Of a DNA stretch of 64,000 bases, positions 45,504 to 58,128 are shown in pieces. The stretch is from an uncultured Bacillota bacterium. Lineage in GTDB: Bacteria; Bacillota; Clostridia; Oscillospirales; Oscillospiraceae. Made by a program: the position numbers and the translations under genes. The notes beneath the pieces are model-generated. The model was not told where the DNA came from and did not search any database. It was given only the letters and a program-made list of their open reading frames with translations. Within the stretch, counting starts at the first letter, position 1; each line of letters opens with the position of its first letter. The stretch covers positions 13,238 through 77,237 of the forward strand of contig CANEFX010000001.1 in assembly GCA_947426945.1 (NCBI GenBank), in the 5' to 3' direction.

Positions 45504-47045
45504 CTAAATAAGGTGCTCCTCGACAAAGGGGGAATATTTGCCGAACTCCTGGTCCAGGGCAGAGAATCCCATTACCTCAGAGAGGGTGTCGCTGCCGGAA
45601 AACAGATCTGTGCCGAAGCCCAGCTGGTCCCCCTCAAACGCAAAGCCCAGGGCGGACAGGACGGTAGGGAAGAGGTCCACTGTGGTAAACTCCCGGTTGA
45701 CCATCCGGTCCGGAGGGGGAGCGTCACAGTTTAAAAAGCAGTTGTAAACTGTCCGATCGTAGTAGTCCAGCCCATCCACCAGGCGGTTGTCCATCCTGGG
45801 GTGGTCGCCGACAATGACAATGATGGAGTCTCTGTAGAACTCCTGCTCTGTGCACCACTGGATAAACTCTGCGATCTGGCGGTCTGCGCAGGAGACAACA
45901 TTGGCGGTAATGGATTCGTAATCGCCGCGGCAGAGGGGACAGACGTATCCGTCCACATGGTGGGTGTCAGCGGTGAGCATGGTAAAGTTAAAGGGCTGAT
46001 CGGACTGAGAGAGCATTGTCAGTTTGTCTTTGGCAATTTGATAGAGGATCTCGTCCTCATACCCCCACCACACCTTGTAGCCCTCAGGGATATAGCCCTC
46101 CTCCTGGGCGGTAAAGAGGTCGCAGATGTCATAATTGCCGTGCTGCTGGTAATACAGCCTCCGGCCGCCGAAGGTGGCGTCGGAGCCGCAGAGGAACATG
46201 TTGCGGTAACCGTTTTCCTCCAGAATATCTCCCATGGTGGTGCAGCCGGATGCAAATTCCGCGTGCCGGTTCATAGCGTTGGAACCCACGGGGAAGGAGA
46301 AGGGGAGGCCGGAGGTGGTGGCGAAGATGGAACCCATGGTCCAGGTTGTTCCGTTGGAGGTATGAAAGCCGCCCAGCTGCTCTGAATTGGAAAAGGAGAG
46401 GTTTTGCTCTGCCAGAGCGGTCAGATTGGGGATATAGTTGTGCTCCGGCTGACGTCCGCCCACTTCCGCCGACGCGTAGGAGGTCTCCATGCTCTCCAGA
46501 TAAATATAAATCAGATTCTTCTTCTGCTCCGGGGCTGTAATGGCTGCGCCGGCGGGGTCAACATAGAGGTCCTCGTAGATGGTGGTGGGGTCGCGTATGA
46601 GTTTGATATACTGGCCGACGTTCAGGTGAACGTAGAGGGAGCGGAACGCCCAGCACAGGGCGAGGATACTGACCGCGCCCATGGCCCGGCGGGCCAGACG
46701 GAACAGGTTGATCTGACGCCGCTTTCCCCGGAACTGAAAGGACAATGTGGCCCTGAACCGCCGTTGAAGGATGACAATGGTCACAGCCAGGAGGATGAAC
46801 AGCGCCGACAGGCAGATGTGAGGAAGGCAGGAGCGCAGGCATTTAAACACAACGCCTGAATCAGTACCCACCAGGGGGGAGGTCATGGTGTATAAAATTT
46901 CCTGAAAATTGATGTTAAAGGTCATCTGCAGCCAGAAACTGACCCCCCAAAGGATGCTGGAGACGGAGAATATGACGCACGACGCCGCCAGCCCCGCCGG
47001 CATGCCGGCGCGCCGTTCAGGGTTCCCGCGTTTCATTTTGTTCAT
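45504..47045 (-). CDS. LTA synthase / sulfatase family protein
   Basis: 513 aa. N-terminal TM helices, then an alkaline-phosphatase-like domain (YIYLESMETS..., ...TADTHH..., GDHPRMD). Confidence 0.85.
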   Translation of the reverse strand: MNKMKRGNPERRAGMPAGLAASCVIFSVSSILWGVSFWLQMTFNINFQEILYTMTSPLVGTDSGVVFKCLRSCLPHICLSALFILLAVTIVILQRRFRATLSFQFRGKRRQINLFRLARRAMGAVSILALCWAFRSLYVHLNVGQYIKLIRDPTTIYEDLYVDPAGAAITAPEQKKNLIYIYLESMETSYASAEVGGRQPEHNYIPNLTALAEQNLSFSNSEQLGGFHTSNGTTWTMGSIFATTSGLPFSFPVGSNAMNRHAEFASGCTTMGDILEENGYRNMFLCGSDATFGGRRLYYQQHGNYDICDLFTAQEEGYIPEGYKVWWGYEDEILYQIAKDKLTMLSQSDQPFNFTMLTADTHHVDGYVCPLCRGDYESITANVVSCADRQIAEFIQWCTEQEFYRDSIIVIVGDHPRMDNRLVDGLDYYDRTVYNCFLNCDAPPPDRMVNREFTTVDLFPTVLSALGFAFEGDQLGFGTDLFSGSDTLSEVMGFSALDQEFGKYSPFVEEHLI

Positions 47046-47373
47046 GCTCCTCCACCCCGCGTTTCCCGATCCTGGTTATCTCAAGCTCCGGCTTCATGCA
47101 TTTGACGACCGCGTACGCCAGAAACAGAAGTCCTGCCGCAAACGTGGCGAGCAGCGTGTAGCGCGCGGAGTCCAGGGCATAGCCGCTCCCCGTCAACTGG
47201 AGGAGAAGAAGGGATATGACATGAGCGGTTATATGGTTGAGGGTAACGACAGCGCAGTATTGGAACAGAAGCTCCAGGCTGGGCGTAAGGGGCCGGCGGC
47301 GGATTTTATAGCCGAGATAGAGGGGGAGCACAGGGACAAAAAAGAGATTGATCAGAACGACAGGATAAATCAA
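47017..47373 (-). CDS. Small membrane protein (118 aa) overlapping the LTA-synthase start
   Basis: TTG start 7 nt after AAAGGAGG. Three predicted TM helices. Its 3' end overlaps the downstream gene by 29 nt in a different frame. Confidence 0.45.
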   Translation of the reverse strand: MIYPVVLINLFFVPVLPLYLGYKIRRRPLTPSLELLFQYCAVVTLNHITAHVISLLLLQLTGSGYALDSARYTLLATFAAGLLFLAYAVVKCMKPELEITRIGKRGVEEHEQNETREP

Positions 47374-47434
47374 CGGGATTCCTCCTTTATTGACGGGACG
47401 CGCTGCGTCTGCCAGGGACAATAACACGACAGAT

Positions 47435-47464
47435 GTGCCATAAGGATTTTGGTCCTTATGGCAC
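47435..47464 (-). terminator. Perfect 12-bp hairpin downstream of ppdK
   Basis: GTGCCATAAGGA-TTTTGG-TCCTTATGGCAC, 29 nt after the ppdK stop. The trailing sequence is only moderately U-rich. Confidence 0.5.
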
Positions 47465-47492
47465 ATCTTTCAGGATGTGAGGAAATCAGCCC

Positions 47493-50123
<2,631 letters not shown>

Positions 50124-50255
50124 TGGTATCATTCCTTTCAGTAGTATGTGCGGCGTTCCAGCCGTCCAAATCCCGGCAGGAGCACCGTGCATCGTGGGTG
50201 ATTCAGAAACAAAGATTAGAAATATTGTCCAGGTTTCTGGAATACCGTGCATAAT

Positions 50256-50284
50256 ATTATACAGACGCCTGGGAGAGATTTCAA
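50256..50284 (-). promoter_or_regulatory. Sigma-A type promoter for ppdK
   Basis: On the - strand: TTGAAA - 17 nt - TATAAT, which implies a ~125-nt 5' UTR. Confidence 0.55.
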
Positions 50285-50403
50285 GATAGTTTAAAAAATT
50301 TTCCATAGAAATTCCGGTGGAAATTTTGTTGAAAAAGGCGGTTAAAAGAGGTATTATTATAATAGGAAAAAATTTTATCTGGAAGAAGAGGCGGACGGTC
50401 CGG

Positions 50404-50685
50404 ATGAGAAAAGAACTGTGGCAGCTGCTGACGGCATATATTCTGGCGGTTAATCTGGCCGCCTTTATACTGATGGGGGCGGACAAACGCCGGGCCCGGA
50501 ACGGGGCGCGGCGGCTTTCCGAACGAACTTTATTTCTCCCGGCGGTGCTGGGCGGGGCGCTGGGCGGGACGTTTGGGATGCATATTTTTCATCACAAGAC
50601 CCGGCACTGGTATTTCCGTTTCGGCTTTCCCCTTCTGCTTCTCGCACAGATATTGGGGATATGCCGGCTGGCCACAGGTATTTGA
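50404..50685 (+). CDS. DUF1294 membrane protein
   Basis: ...FILMGADKRRARNGARRLSERTLFLPAVLGGALGGTFGMHIFHHKTRH is the DUF1294 signature. The start is uncertain (GTG 50317 is an alternative). Confidence 0.7.
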   Translation: MRKELWQLLTAYILAVNLAAFILMGADKRRARNGARRLSERTLFLPAVLGGALGGTFGMHIFHHKTRHWYFRFGFPLLLLAQILGICRLATGI

Positions 50686-50801
50686 CGCGCGGAGCAGAAG
50701 AAAGGCGCCGCGTGAGGGCACGCTGAGATTTTTGCGGGTGACAGAACGCCGTACCCAGGCGGGGGTGGGCAGTGGAATGGAAGCAGCTGGAGGTGACGAA
50801 G

Positions 50802-53426
50802 ATGGGACGGCCGGACCGGCGGATTTGTTTGGGCCTGCTGGCCCACGTGGACGCGGGAAAAACAACCCTGTCCGAGGGGATTTTATACCTCAGCGGCGCG
50901 GTGCGCAGGCTGGGGAGGGTGGACCACCGGGACGCCTTTCTGGATACCGATATTCAGGAGCGGGAGCGGGGTATTACCATTTTTTCCAAGCAGGCGGAGC
51001 TTATCTGGGGAGATACCGCCTTCACCCTGCTGGACACCCCGGGGCATGTGGACTTCTCCGCCGAGATGGAGCGCACCCTTTCGGTGCTGGACTGCGCTGT
51101 GCTGGTAATCAGCGGCTCCGACGGTGTCCAGAGCCACACCCGCACCCTGTGGCGGCTGCTGGAGAGGCATGCTATCCCAACCTTCTTCTTTGTCAACAAG
51201 ATGGATCTGGAGGGGACGGACCGCTCCGCCCTGCTGAATCAGCTGCGAGACAAACTGGACGGGGGCTGTCTGGATTTTACCGCCGGACTGCTCCCCCTTC
51301 AGGAGGATTTGGCCTCTCTGGACGAGGAGCTGATGGACCGGTATTTAGAGGGGGGCGGGGTCACGCCGGAGGATGCCGCCTCCCTGATTGCCCGGCGGAT
51401 GGTTTTTCCCTGCTTCTTTGGCTCGGCGCTGAAGCTGGAGGGGGTGGAGGCGCTACTGGACGGCCTGTCCCAATACGCGCGCCCCTCTGGCCGTCTGCCG
51501 GAGTTTGGGGCCAGGGTATTCAAGATTGCCCGGGACGGAAACGACAGGCTCACCTATTTGAAGGTTACCGGCGGTGCGCTGAAGGTCCGGACTCTGCTGG
51601 GGGAAGAGAAGATCAACCAGATTCGAATTTACTCCGGGACCAAATACCAGACTGCGGACGAGGTTCCTGCCGGAACGGTGTGCGCGCTCACCGGCTTGAC
51701 CAAGACCCGGCCGGGGGATGTGTTCGGGGCGGAGCCCCCCGCCCGGGAGCCCGAGCTGGAGCCGGTGCTGAACTATCAGGTGATCCTGCCCCCTGCCTGC
51801 GACGTCCACGCCATGCTGCGCAGTCTCCGCCAGCTGGAGGAGGAGGACCCCCAGCTCCGGGTGGTGTGGAACGAGGCTCTGGGGGAAATTCACCTTCAGC
51901 TTATGGGAGAGATCCAGTTGGAGGTGCTCACCCGGCTGATTCGGGAGCGCTTTGGGACGGAGGTCTCCTTCGGGGCGGGGAGCATTGTCTACCGGGAGAC
52001 CATTGCCAGCGCCGTGGAGGGTGTGGGCCACTTTGAGCCCCTGCGGCATTACGCCGAGGTCCATCTTCTGCTGGAACCCGGCCCCCGGGGCAGCGGGCTG
52101 CGCATTGCCTCTGCCTGTCCTACCGACCAGCTGGACCTGAACTGGCAGCGGCTGATTTTTACTCACCTGATGGAAAAACGACACCGGGGAGTGCTCACCG
52201 GGTCGCCCATCACCGACATAAAGATCACGCTGGTAGCCGGCCGGGCCCATGTGAAGCACACCGAGGGGGGAGACTTCCGGCAGGCCACCTATCGGGCGGT
52301 GCGCCAGGGGCTGATGCAGGCCAAGAGCGTCCTGCTGGAGCCCCACTACAATTTTACGCTGGAGCTTTCCCCTGACTGCGTGGGACGGGCCATGAACGAT
52401 CTCCAGTCCATGGGCGGCAGCGTGGAGGGGCCCGAGCAGGAGGGGGAGTTTGCTCTCCTCACCGGTCATGCCCCGGTGGCTGGCCTGCGGGACTACTGGA
52501 GGGAGGTCACCGCCTATACCCGGGGACGGGGACGGTTGTCCTGCGCCCTCCGGGGCTACGAGCCCTGTGCCAATCAGGAGGAGATCGCTGCCCGTTTTGC
52601 CTACGACCCGGAGCGGGATGTGGAAAACCCGCCCGACTCGGTGTTCTGCTCCCACGGGGCGGGAGTCGTTGTAAAGTGGGACCAGGTCAGGGAGCACATG
52701 CATGTGGACAGCGGTCTGCGGCTGGGACCGGCGCGCCCGAATGCGGAGCCGGCCGTCCCTGCCGGAGGACGACGCTCCTGTCAGGGCGGCAGCCTGGAAC
52801 AGGATAAGGAGCTGCTGGCCGTCTTTGAGCGCACCTACGGCAGGGTGGACCGGGATACGGCCTTTCAGCCCCGGAAAAAACCCGCTCGCACCGGCCTGGA
52901 CGAAGGGAAATACGCCATTCAAAATCAGAAAACCGGTTTAGAGTATCTGCTGGTGGACGGGTACAACATTATCTTTGCCTGGGACGAGCTGAAAGAGCTG
53001 GCCCGGCAGGATGTGTCCGCCGCCCGGGCGGCACTGGAGGATATTTTGTCCAACTACCAGGGATTTCGCAAGTGTGTGGTGATTTTGGTGTTCGACGCCT
53101 ACAAGGTGAAGGGCAATCCCGGCTCGGTAGAGAAGAAAGACAACATCTATGTGGTCTACACCAGGGAGGCGGAGACGGCCGACGCTTATATTGAAAAGGC
53201 CACCTACGACCTGGGGCGGGACCACCGGGTCCGGGTGGTCACCTCCGACGGTTTGGAGCAGCTCATTATCCTGGGCCACGGAGCCCTGCGGCTATCCGCC
53301 CGGTCCTTCAAGGCGGAGGTGGAGCAGGCCCAGGGGGAGATTGCAGCATTGGTGGCCGGGCTTAACCGGCGGAATACCGGGGACCGGAAGCTGAAGAACA
53401 CCGCGCGGATCATCAGGGAAGCATAG
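50802..53426 (+). CDS. EF-G/TetM-like translational GTPase fused to a C-terminal YacP/Rae1-type NYN ribonuclease domain
   Basis: G1 AHVDAGKTT, G2 RGITI, G3 DTPGH, G4 NKMD, with collinear EF-G-like domains II-V. The last 162 aa (nt 52938-53426) carry LLVDGYN..AW, VVILVFDA, ETADAYIEK, VVTSDGLEQ and GALRLSARSF, as in B. subtilis Rae1. GGAGGTGA RBS. Confidence 0.85.
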   Translation: MGRPDRRICLGLLAHVDAGKTTLSEGILYLSGAVRRLGRVDHRDAFLDTDIQERERGITIFSKQAELIWGDTAFTLLDTPGHVDFSAEMERTLSVLDCAVLVISGSDGVQSHTRTLWRLLERHAIPTFFFVNKMDLEGTDRSALLNQLRDKLDGGCLDFTAGLLPLQEDLASLDEELMDRYLEGGGVTPEDAASLIARRMVFPCFFGSALKLEGVEALLDGLSQYARPSGRLPEFGARVFKIARDGNDRLTYLKVTGGALKVRTLLGEEKINQIRIYSGTKYQTADEVPAGTVCALTGLTKTRPGDVFGAEPPAREPELEPVLNYQVILPPACDVHAMLRSLRQLEEEDPQLRVVWNEALGEIHLQLMGEIQLEVLTRLIRERFGTEVSFGAGSIVYRETIASAVEGVGHFEPLRHYAEVHLLLEPGPRGSGLRIASACPTDQLDLNWQRLIFTHLMEKRHRGVLTGSPITDIKITLVAGRAHVKHTEGGDFRQATYRAVRQGLMQAKSVLLEPHYNFTLELSPDCVGRAMNDLQSMGGSVEGPEQEGEFALLTGHAPVAGLRDYWREVTAYTRGRGRLSCALRGYEPCANQEEIAARFAYDPERDVENPPDSVFCSHGAGVVVKWDQVREHMHVDSGLRLGPARPNAEPAVPAGGRRSCQGGSLEQDKELLAVFERTYGRVDRDTAFQPRKKPARTGLDEGKYAIQNQKTGLEYLLVDGYNIIFAWDELKELARQDVSAARAALEDILSNYQGFRKCVVILVFDAYKVKGNPGSVEKKDNIYVVYTREAETADAYIEKATYDLGRDHRVRVVTSDGLEQLIILGHGALRLSARSFKAEVEQAQGEIAALVAGLNRRNTGDRKLKNTARIIREA

Positions 53427-53430
53427 AAAA

Positions 53431-53459
53431 AGCAGACACGCATTCCGTGTCTGCTTTTT
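53431..53459 (+). terminator. Rho-independent terminator
   Basis: AGCAGACACG-CATTC-CGTGTCTGCT followed by TTTT. Confidence 0.85.
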
Positions 53460-53640
53460 AAAAGCTGTCAGGTCCGGGCTGAAAATGGCGATATGTCCTG
53501 GAGCCGTTTTTTCCGCCGTGCCGCCGGGGTGCAGACCCTTGTATCCCCGGAAAAAGAATGGTATAATAAGCTGCTATAATCTGTTTTGGTACAATGCCGT
53601 GCCCACGGGGCGGGAGATAACAAAAAAGGAGTTTACTGCC

Positions 53641-54312
53641 ATGACCTATAAAGAGGAATTCATCACTTTTATGGTGCGCTCCGGCGTGCTCACCTTCGGG
53701 GATTTCACCACCAAGTCGGGGCGGAAAACCCCCTATTTTGTCAACACGGGCAACTACAAGACCGGCGCGCAGGCTGCCCGTCTGGGGGATTACTACGCCG
53801 CCTGCATTCAGGAGAACCTGCCGGGGGGGATTGACTGCCTGTTCGGCCCGGCTTATAAGGGGATTCCCCTGGCCGTCTCCGCGGCCTCCTCCCTCTATCG
53901 CAGCTACGGCCGAGATCTGCCCTACTGCTTCAACCGCAAGGAGGCCAAGGACCACGGCGAGGGAGGTACTATGGTGGGGTACAAGCCTCAGGACGGAGAC
54001 CGGGTGGCCGTCATTGAGGACGTGGTCACCGCCGGCACCGCAGTCCGGGAGACAATGGAGCTGTTCAAACATGTGGCCAGGGTGGAGGTAAAGGCCCTCT
54101 TTGTCTCGGTGGACCGGATGGAGCGGGGCACCCGGGACTGCTCCACGCTGGACGAACTGCGCCAGGACTTCGGCATCCAGGTGTTCCCCATCGTCACTGT
54201 GCGGGAGATCATCTCTTTCCTGTATAACAACCCGGTGGACGGGAAGGTCTGCATCGACGATGGGATAAGAGCCAGGATGGAGGACTATCTGGCCGAGTAC
54301 GGGGCTGAGTAA
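53641..54312 (+). CDS. pyrE: Orotate phosphoribosyltransferase
   Basis: 223 aa from MTYKEEFITFM. ...FGDFTTKSGRKTPYF... and PRPP motif VAVIEDVVTAGTA. Confidence 0.92.
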   Translation: MTYKEEFITFMVRSGVLTFGDFTTKSGRKTPYFVNTGNYKTGAQAARLGDYYAACIQENLPGGIDCLFGPAYKGIPLAVSAASSLYRSYGRDLPYCFNRKEAKDHGEGGTMVGYKPQDGDRVAVIEDVVTAGTAVRETMELFKHVARVEVKALFVSVDRMERGTRDCSTLDELRQDFGIQVFPIVTVREIISFLYNNPVDGKVCIDDGIRARMEDYLAEYGAE

Positions 54313-54355
54313 TTTTACGGACGAGCCCGCCGGGCGGGCCGGGAGGGGAAGCACT

Positions 54356-55081
54356 ATGGCGGAGAAAAAGAAAGGCATTCACGCCGGGCATCGTGGGCGG
54401 GTGAAGGAGGAGTTCCGCACACGGGGCATCGAGGGCTGGTCCGATCATCGGGTACTGGAGCTGATGCTGTTTTACGCCATCCCCCAGGGGGACGTGAACC
54501 CGCTGGCCCACGAGCTGATCGACCGGTTCGGTTCCCTGTCCGGTGTGCTGGACGCCCTGCCTGAGGAGCTGATGAAGTCGAAGGGGGTGGGGGAACATGC
54601 AGCCAGTTATCTGAAGCTGTTCCCGGCGGTGACGGGCCGTTACCTGGGGGACCGTACCGGTCCGGGTGAGATCATCCACACGGCGGCGGAGGCGGGGCAT
54701 GCGCTGGTGCCCCACCTTTACGGCGCCCGGAACGAGATGGTCTATGTGCTGTGCCTGGACGCCAAGGAGAAGCTTTTAGGGGTGCGGAAAATTTCCGAGG
54801 GCAGCAACAGCAGCTCCGACGTGACCATACGCCGGGTGGCGGAGGAATGTCTGGCCCTCGGGGCGTCCTTCTGCTACCTGGCCCACAATCATGTCAGCGG
54901 CATTGCCCTCCCTTCCCCAGAGGATGTAAATACCACCGAGGTAGTCCGCACGGCCCTGGCCCCTCTGGGGGTGCGTCTGGTGGACCACCTGGTCTTTGTG
55001 GACGGCGATCTGGTGTCGGTCCGGGAGAGCGCCGCCGCCGGCCGGGGCGGCTTTCGAATGGTCTATCCCGGCCAGTGGTGA
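54356..55081 (+). CDS. radC: RadC family (JAB/MPN domain) protein
   Basis: N-terminal HhH region (GHRGRVKEEF..., ELLELMLFY) and C-terminal JAMM motif HNHVSG. Confidence 0.88.
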   Translation: MAEKKKGIHAGHRGRVKEEFRTRGIEGWSDHRVLELMLFYAIPQGDVNPLAHELIDRFGSLSGVLDALPEELMKSKGVGEHAASYLKLFPAVTGRYLGDRTGPGEIIHTAAEAGHALVPHLYGARNEMVYVLCLDAKEKLLGVRKISEGSNSSSDVTIRRVAEECLALGASFCYLAHNHVSGIALPSPEDVNTTEVVRTALAPLGVRLVDHLVFVDGDLVSVRESAAAGRGGFRMVYPGQW

Positions 55082-55102
55082 AAAATTTGTTCGAGAAACC
55101 CC

Positions 55103-55131
55103 TTGATGTGGAACGTTAGTTCTGATATAAT
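55103..55131 (+). promoter_or_regulatory. uvrB promoter with embedded LexA (Cheo) box
   Basis: TTGATG - 17 nt - TATAAT. The spacer contains GAACGTTAGTTC (55111-55122), which matches GAAC-N4-GTTC. Confidence 0.8.
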
Positions 55132-55232
55132 AGCGTGCATCTGAAAGAAAATCAACTGTTTTCCTGCAGGGCCAAAGCTCCTTTGGAAAAGAGGACCTTT
55201 TTCGGCCAACAAATCCGTCCGAGGTGACCTCC

Positions 55233-57206
55233 ATGCCCAAATTTGAAGTGGTATCCGAATATACCCCCAGCGGCGATCAGCCGGAGGCCATTGAGGCCCT
55301 GGCCAATGGTATTGAGATGGGGCTGGATGAGCAGACCCTGCTGGGTGTCACCGGCTCGGGCAAGACCTTTACCATGGCTAAGATTATTGAGAAGGTCCAG
55401 CGGCCCACCTTGGTGCTGGCCCACAACAAGACCCTGGCCGCCCAGCTGTGCGCCGAGTTCAAGGAGTTTTTTCCTAACAACGCGGTGGAGTATTTTGTGT
55501 CCTACTACGACTACTACCAGCCCGAGGCCTATATCCCCCACACCGACACTTTCATTGAAAAGGACTCCTCCGTCAACGAGGAGATCGACCGGCTGCGCCT
55601 GTCCGCCACCGCCTCCCTGCTGGAGCGGCGGGATGTAATTGTGGTGTCGTCGGTGTCCTGCATCTACGGCCTGGGCGAGCCGGAGGATTTTGCCAAGATG
55701 ATGGTCTCCCTTCGGGTGGGCGCCCAAATGGAACGGGACGAGATGCTGAAGAAGCTGGTGGCCATCCGCTATGAGCGCAACGACATCGCCTTTGAGCGCA
55801 ACATGTTCCGGGTGCGGGGGGACACAGTGGAGGTCTGGCCTGCCTACTGGAAGGATACCGCCATCCGGGTGGAGTTCTTCGGGGATGAGATTGAGCGCAT
55901 CTCCGAGATTAACGTGGTGACGGGCTCTCCTATCCGCCGTCTTCAGAATATCCCCATCTGGCCCGCCACTCACTACGTCACCCCCAAGGAGAAGATGGAC
56001 GCCGCCATTCAGGAGATTTATCAGGAGATGGAGGAGCGGGTGGCCTTTTTCGAAGGGGAAAACAAGCTGATTGAGGCCCAGCGCATCAAGCAGCGCACCA
56101 TGTACGACGTTGAGATGATGCAGGAGCTGGGGTACTGCTCCGGCATTGAGAATTACTCCCGGGTTATTGAAGGCCGGCCGGTAGGATCGCCCCCCAATAC
56201 CCTGATGGACTATTTCCCCAGGGACTTTGTGCTGTTTATCGACGAGAGCCACGTCACCCTGCCCCAGGTTCGGGCCATGTACAACGGCGACCGGGCCCGA
56301 AAGACCACTCTAGTGGAGTATGGTTTCCGCCTGCCCTGCGCTTTCGATAACCGGCCCCTGAAGTTTGAGGAGTTTGAAAAGCGGGTCAACCAGATTGTCT
56401 ACGTCTCCGCCACTCCGGGGGAGTATGAACGCACTCGGTCGGGGCAGATTGTGGAGCAGGTCATCCGACCCACCGGCCTGCTGGACCCGGTGATTGAGGT
56501 GAGGCCGGTGGAGGGGCAGATCGACGACCTGATCGGCGAGATCAACACCCGCACCGCCCGGAACGAGCGGGTATTGGTGACCACCCTCACCAAGCGGATG
56601 GCCGAGGACCTGACCACCTATCTCCAGGGGGCGGGGATCAAGGTGCGGTATATGCATCACGACATCGACGCCATGGAGCGGATGGAGATTATCCGGGACC
56701 TGCGGCTGGGCACTTTCCACGTGCTGGTGGGCATCAACCTGCTGCGGGAGGGCCTGGACCTGCCCGAGGTGTCCCTTGTCGCCATTCTGGACGCGGATAA
56801 GGAGGGCTTCCTGCGCAGTGAGACCTCTCTTATCCAGACCATCGGCCGGGCCGCCCGAAATGCCCAGGGCATGGTGGTCATGTACGCCGACACGGTGACC
56901 CCCTCCATGCGCCGGGCCATTGACGAGACCGAACGCCGCCGGGAGAAGCAGGACGCCTTCAACCGGGCCCACGGCATTGTGCCCAGGACGGTGATCAAAT
57001 CGGTGCGTAACCTGCTGGACCTGGACGCCCAGGAGGACAAGAGCTCCGCTGAGCGCCGGGGCGAGGTCCAGGGTCTTACCAAGCAGCAGAAGGCCGAGCG
57101 CATCGCCCGGCTGGAAAAAGAGATGCGGGAGGCCGCCAAAATGCTGGAGTTCGAGCTGGCCGCCGCCCTGCGGGACCAGATTATCGAACTGCGGGGGAAA
57201 CCGTGA
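55233..57206 (+). CDS. uvrB: Excinuclease ABC subunit B
   Basis: [20 protein letters not shown]..., Walker A GVTGSGKT, helicase motifs and C-terminal UVR domain (...[15 protein letters not shown]). Confidence 0.97.
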   Translation: MPKFEVVSEYTPSGDQPEAIEALANGIEMGLDEQTLLGVTGSGKTFTMAKIIEKVQRPTLVLAHNKTLAAQLCAEFKEFFPNNAVEYFVSYYDYYQPEAYIPHTDTFIEKDSSVNEEIDRLRLSATASLLERRDVIVVSSVSCIYGLGEPEDFAKMMVSLRVGAQMERDEMLKKLVAIRYERNDIAFERNMFRVRGDTVEVWPAYWKDTAIRVEFFGDEIERISEINVVTGSPIRRLQNIPIWPATHYVTPKEKMDAAIQEIYQEMEERVAFFEGENKLIEAQRIKQRTMYDVEMMQELGYCSGIENYSRVIEGRPVGSPPNTLMDYFPRDFVLFIDESHVTLPQVRAMYNGDRARKTTLVEYGFRLPCAFDNRPLKFEEFEKRVNQIVYVSATPGEYERTRSGQIVEQVIRPTGLLDPVIEVRPVEGQIDDLIGEINTRTARNERVLVTTLTKRMAEDLTTYLQGAGIKVRYMHHDIDAMERMEIIRDLRLGTFHVLVGINLLREGLDLPEVSLVAILDADKEGFLRSETSLIQTIGRAARNAQGMVVMYADTVTPSMRRAIDETERRREKQDAFNRAHGIVPRTVIKSVRNLLDLDAQEDKSSAERRGEVQGLTKQQKAERIARLEKEMREAAKMLEFELAAALRDQIIELRGKP

Positions 57207-57625
57207 TGGCTGTGTGGATATTGTTCGCGTTTCTGTCTGCAGTGTTTGCGGCCCTCACCTCTATCTTGGCCAAGATAGGTATTGATGGGGTGAACTCCAC
57301 GCTGGCCACCGCCGTCCGCACGGCAGTGGTGCTGGTGATGGCCTGGGGGATGGTCTTTCTCACGGGCAAGGCGGGGGATATTTCCCATATCGCCGGGCGG
57401 AGCTGGCTGTTTTTGATCCTGTCCGGCCTCGCCACCGGGGCCTCCTGGCTGTGCTATTACTACGCTCTCCAGCAAGGTCCGGCCAGTAAGGTGATTCCCA
57501 TCGACAAGCTCAGCGTGGTGATCTCGCTGGCGCTGGCCTTCCTGGTGCTCCATGAAAAAGCAGACGTGAAAACGGTGATCGGCGGCCTGCTCATCACGGC
57601 GGGTACACTGGTGATGGTGCTGTGA
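57206..57625 (+). CDS. EamA-like (DMT superfamily) small transporter
   Basis: ~139 aa with four TM helices. TGATG overlap with the uvrB stop. Confidence 0.75.
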   Translation: MAVWILFAFLSAVFAALTSILAKIGIDGVNSTLATAVRTAVVLVMAWGMVFLTGKAGDISHIAGRSWLFLILSGLATGASWLCYYYALQQGPASKVIPIDKLSVVISLALAFLVLHEKADVKTVIGGLLITAGTLVMVL

Positions 57626-57636
57626 GGGAATTGGAT

Positions 57637-58116
57637 ATGGCAAAAAAAGAGGAAAAGACCAACGTCATGCGGGTTTTGGAGCAGAAAAATATTTCCTATA
57701 TCCCGCACGCCTACGACCCGGAGGCGGGTCTGGACGGGGTGAGCGTGGCGAAGCAATTGGGCCAGGACCCGGAGGCGGTGTTCAAGACGCTGGTGGCCCG
57801 GGGGGCCTCCGGAGAGCTGTATGTATTTGATATCCCGGTGGAGGACAACCTGGATTTAAAAAAAGCCGCCAAGGCGGTGGGGGAGAAGTCCGTCGCCATG
57901 ATTCACCAGAAGGAGCTGCTGCCCCTGACGGGCTACGTCCACGGGGGCTGTTCTCCAGTGGGGATGAAGAAGCAGTATCCCACCGTCTTTCACGAGACGG
58001 CGGAAATCCTGGATACCATAATGGTGTCCGCGGGGAAAATTGGGTTTCAGGTGGAGCTGGAGCCCTCCGCCCTGATCGCGCTGGTGGGCGGGACAACCGC
58101 TGATTTAGCTGTTTAA
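57637..58116 (+). CDS. ybaK: YbaK/EbsC-type Cys-tRNA(Pro) deacylase
   Basis: 159 aa. ...TNVMRVLEQKNI.Y..H.Y... and ...GYVHGGCSPVGMKK are YbaK signatures. Confidence 0.85.
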   Translation: MAKKEEKTNVMRVLEQKNISYIPHAYDPEAGLDGVSVAKQLGQDPEAVFKTLVARGASGELYVFDIPVEDNLDLKKAAKAVGEKSVAMIHQKELLPLTGYVHGGCSPVGMKKQYPTVFHETAEILDTIMVSAGKIGFQVELEPSALIALVGGTTADLAV

Positions 58117-58128
58117 GGAGGAAACAAT

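Noticed and set aside
50802-52700. Calling the GTPase a TetM/TetO tetracycline-resistance ribosomal protection gene.
   Set aside because: The similarity is at the level of the general EF-G/TetM fold and G motifs. The gene sits in core-genome context, is fused to an NYN domain, and has no mobile-element flanks. A resistance call is not supportable from sequence inspection.
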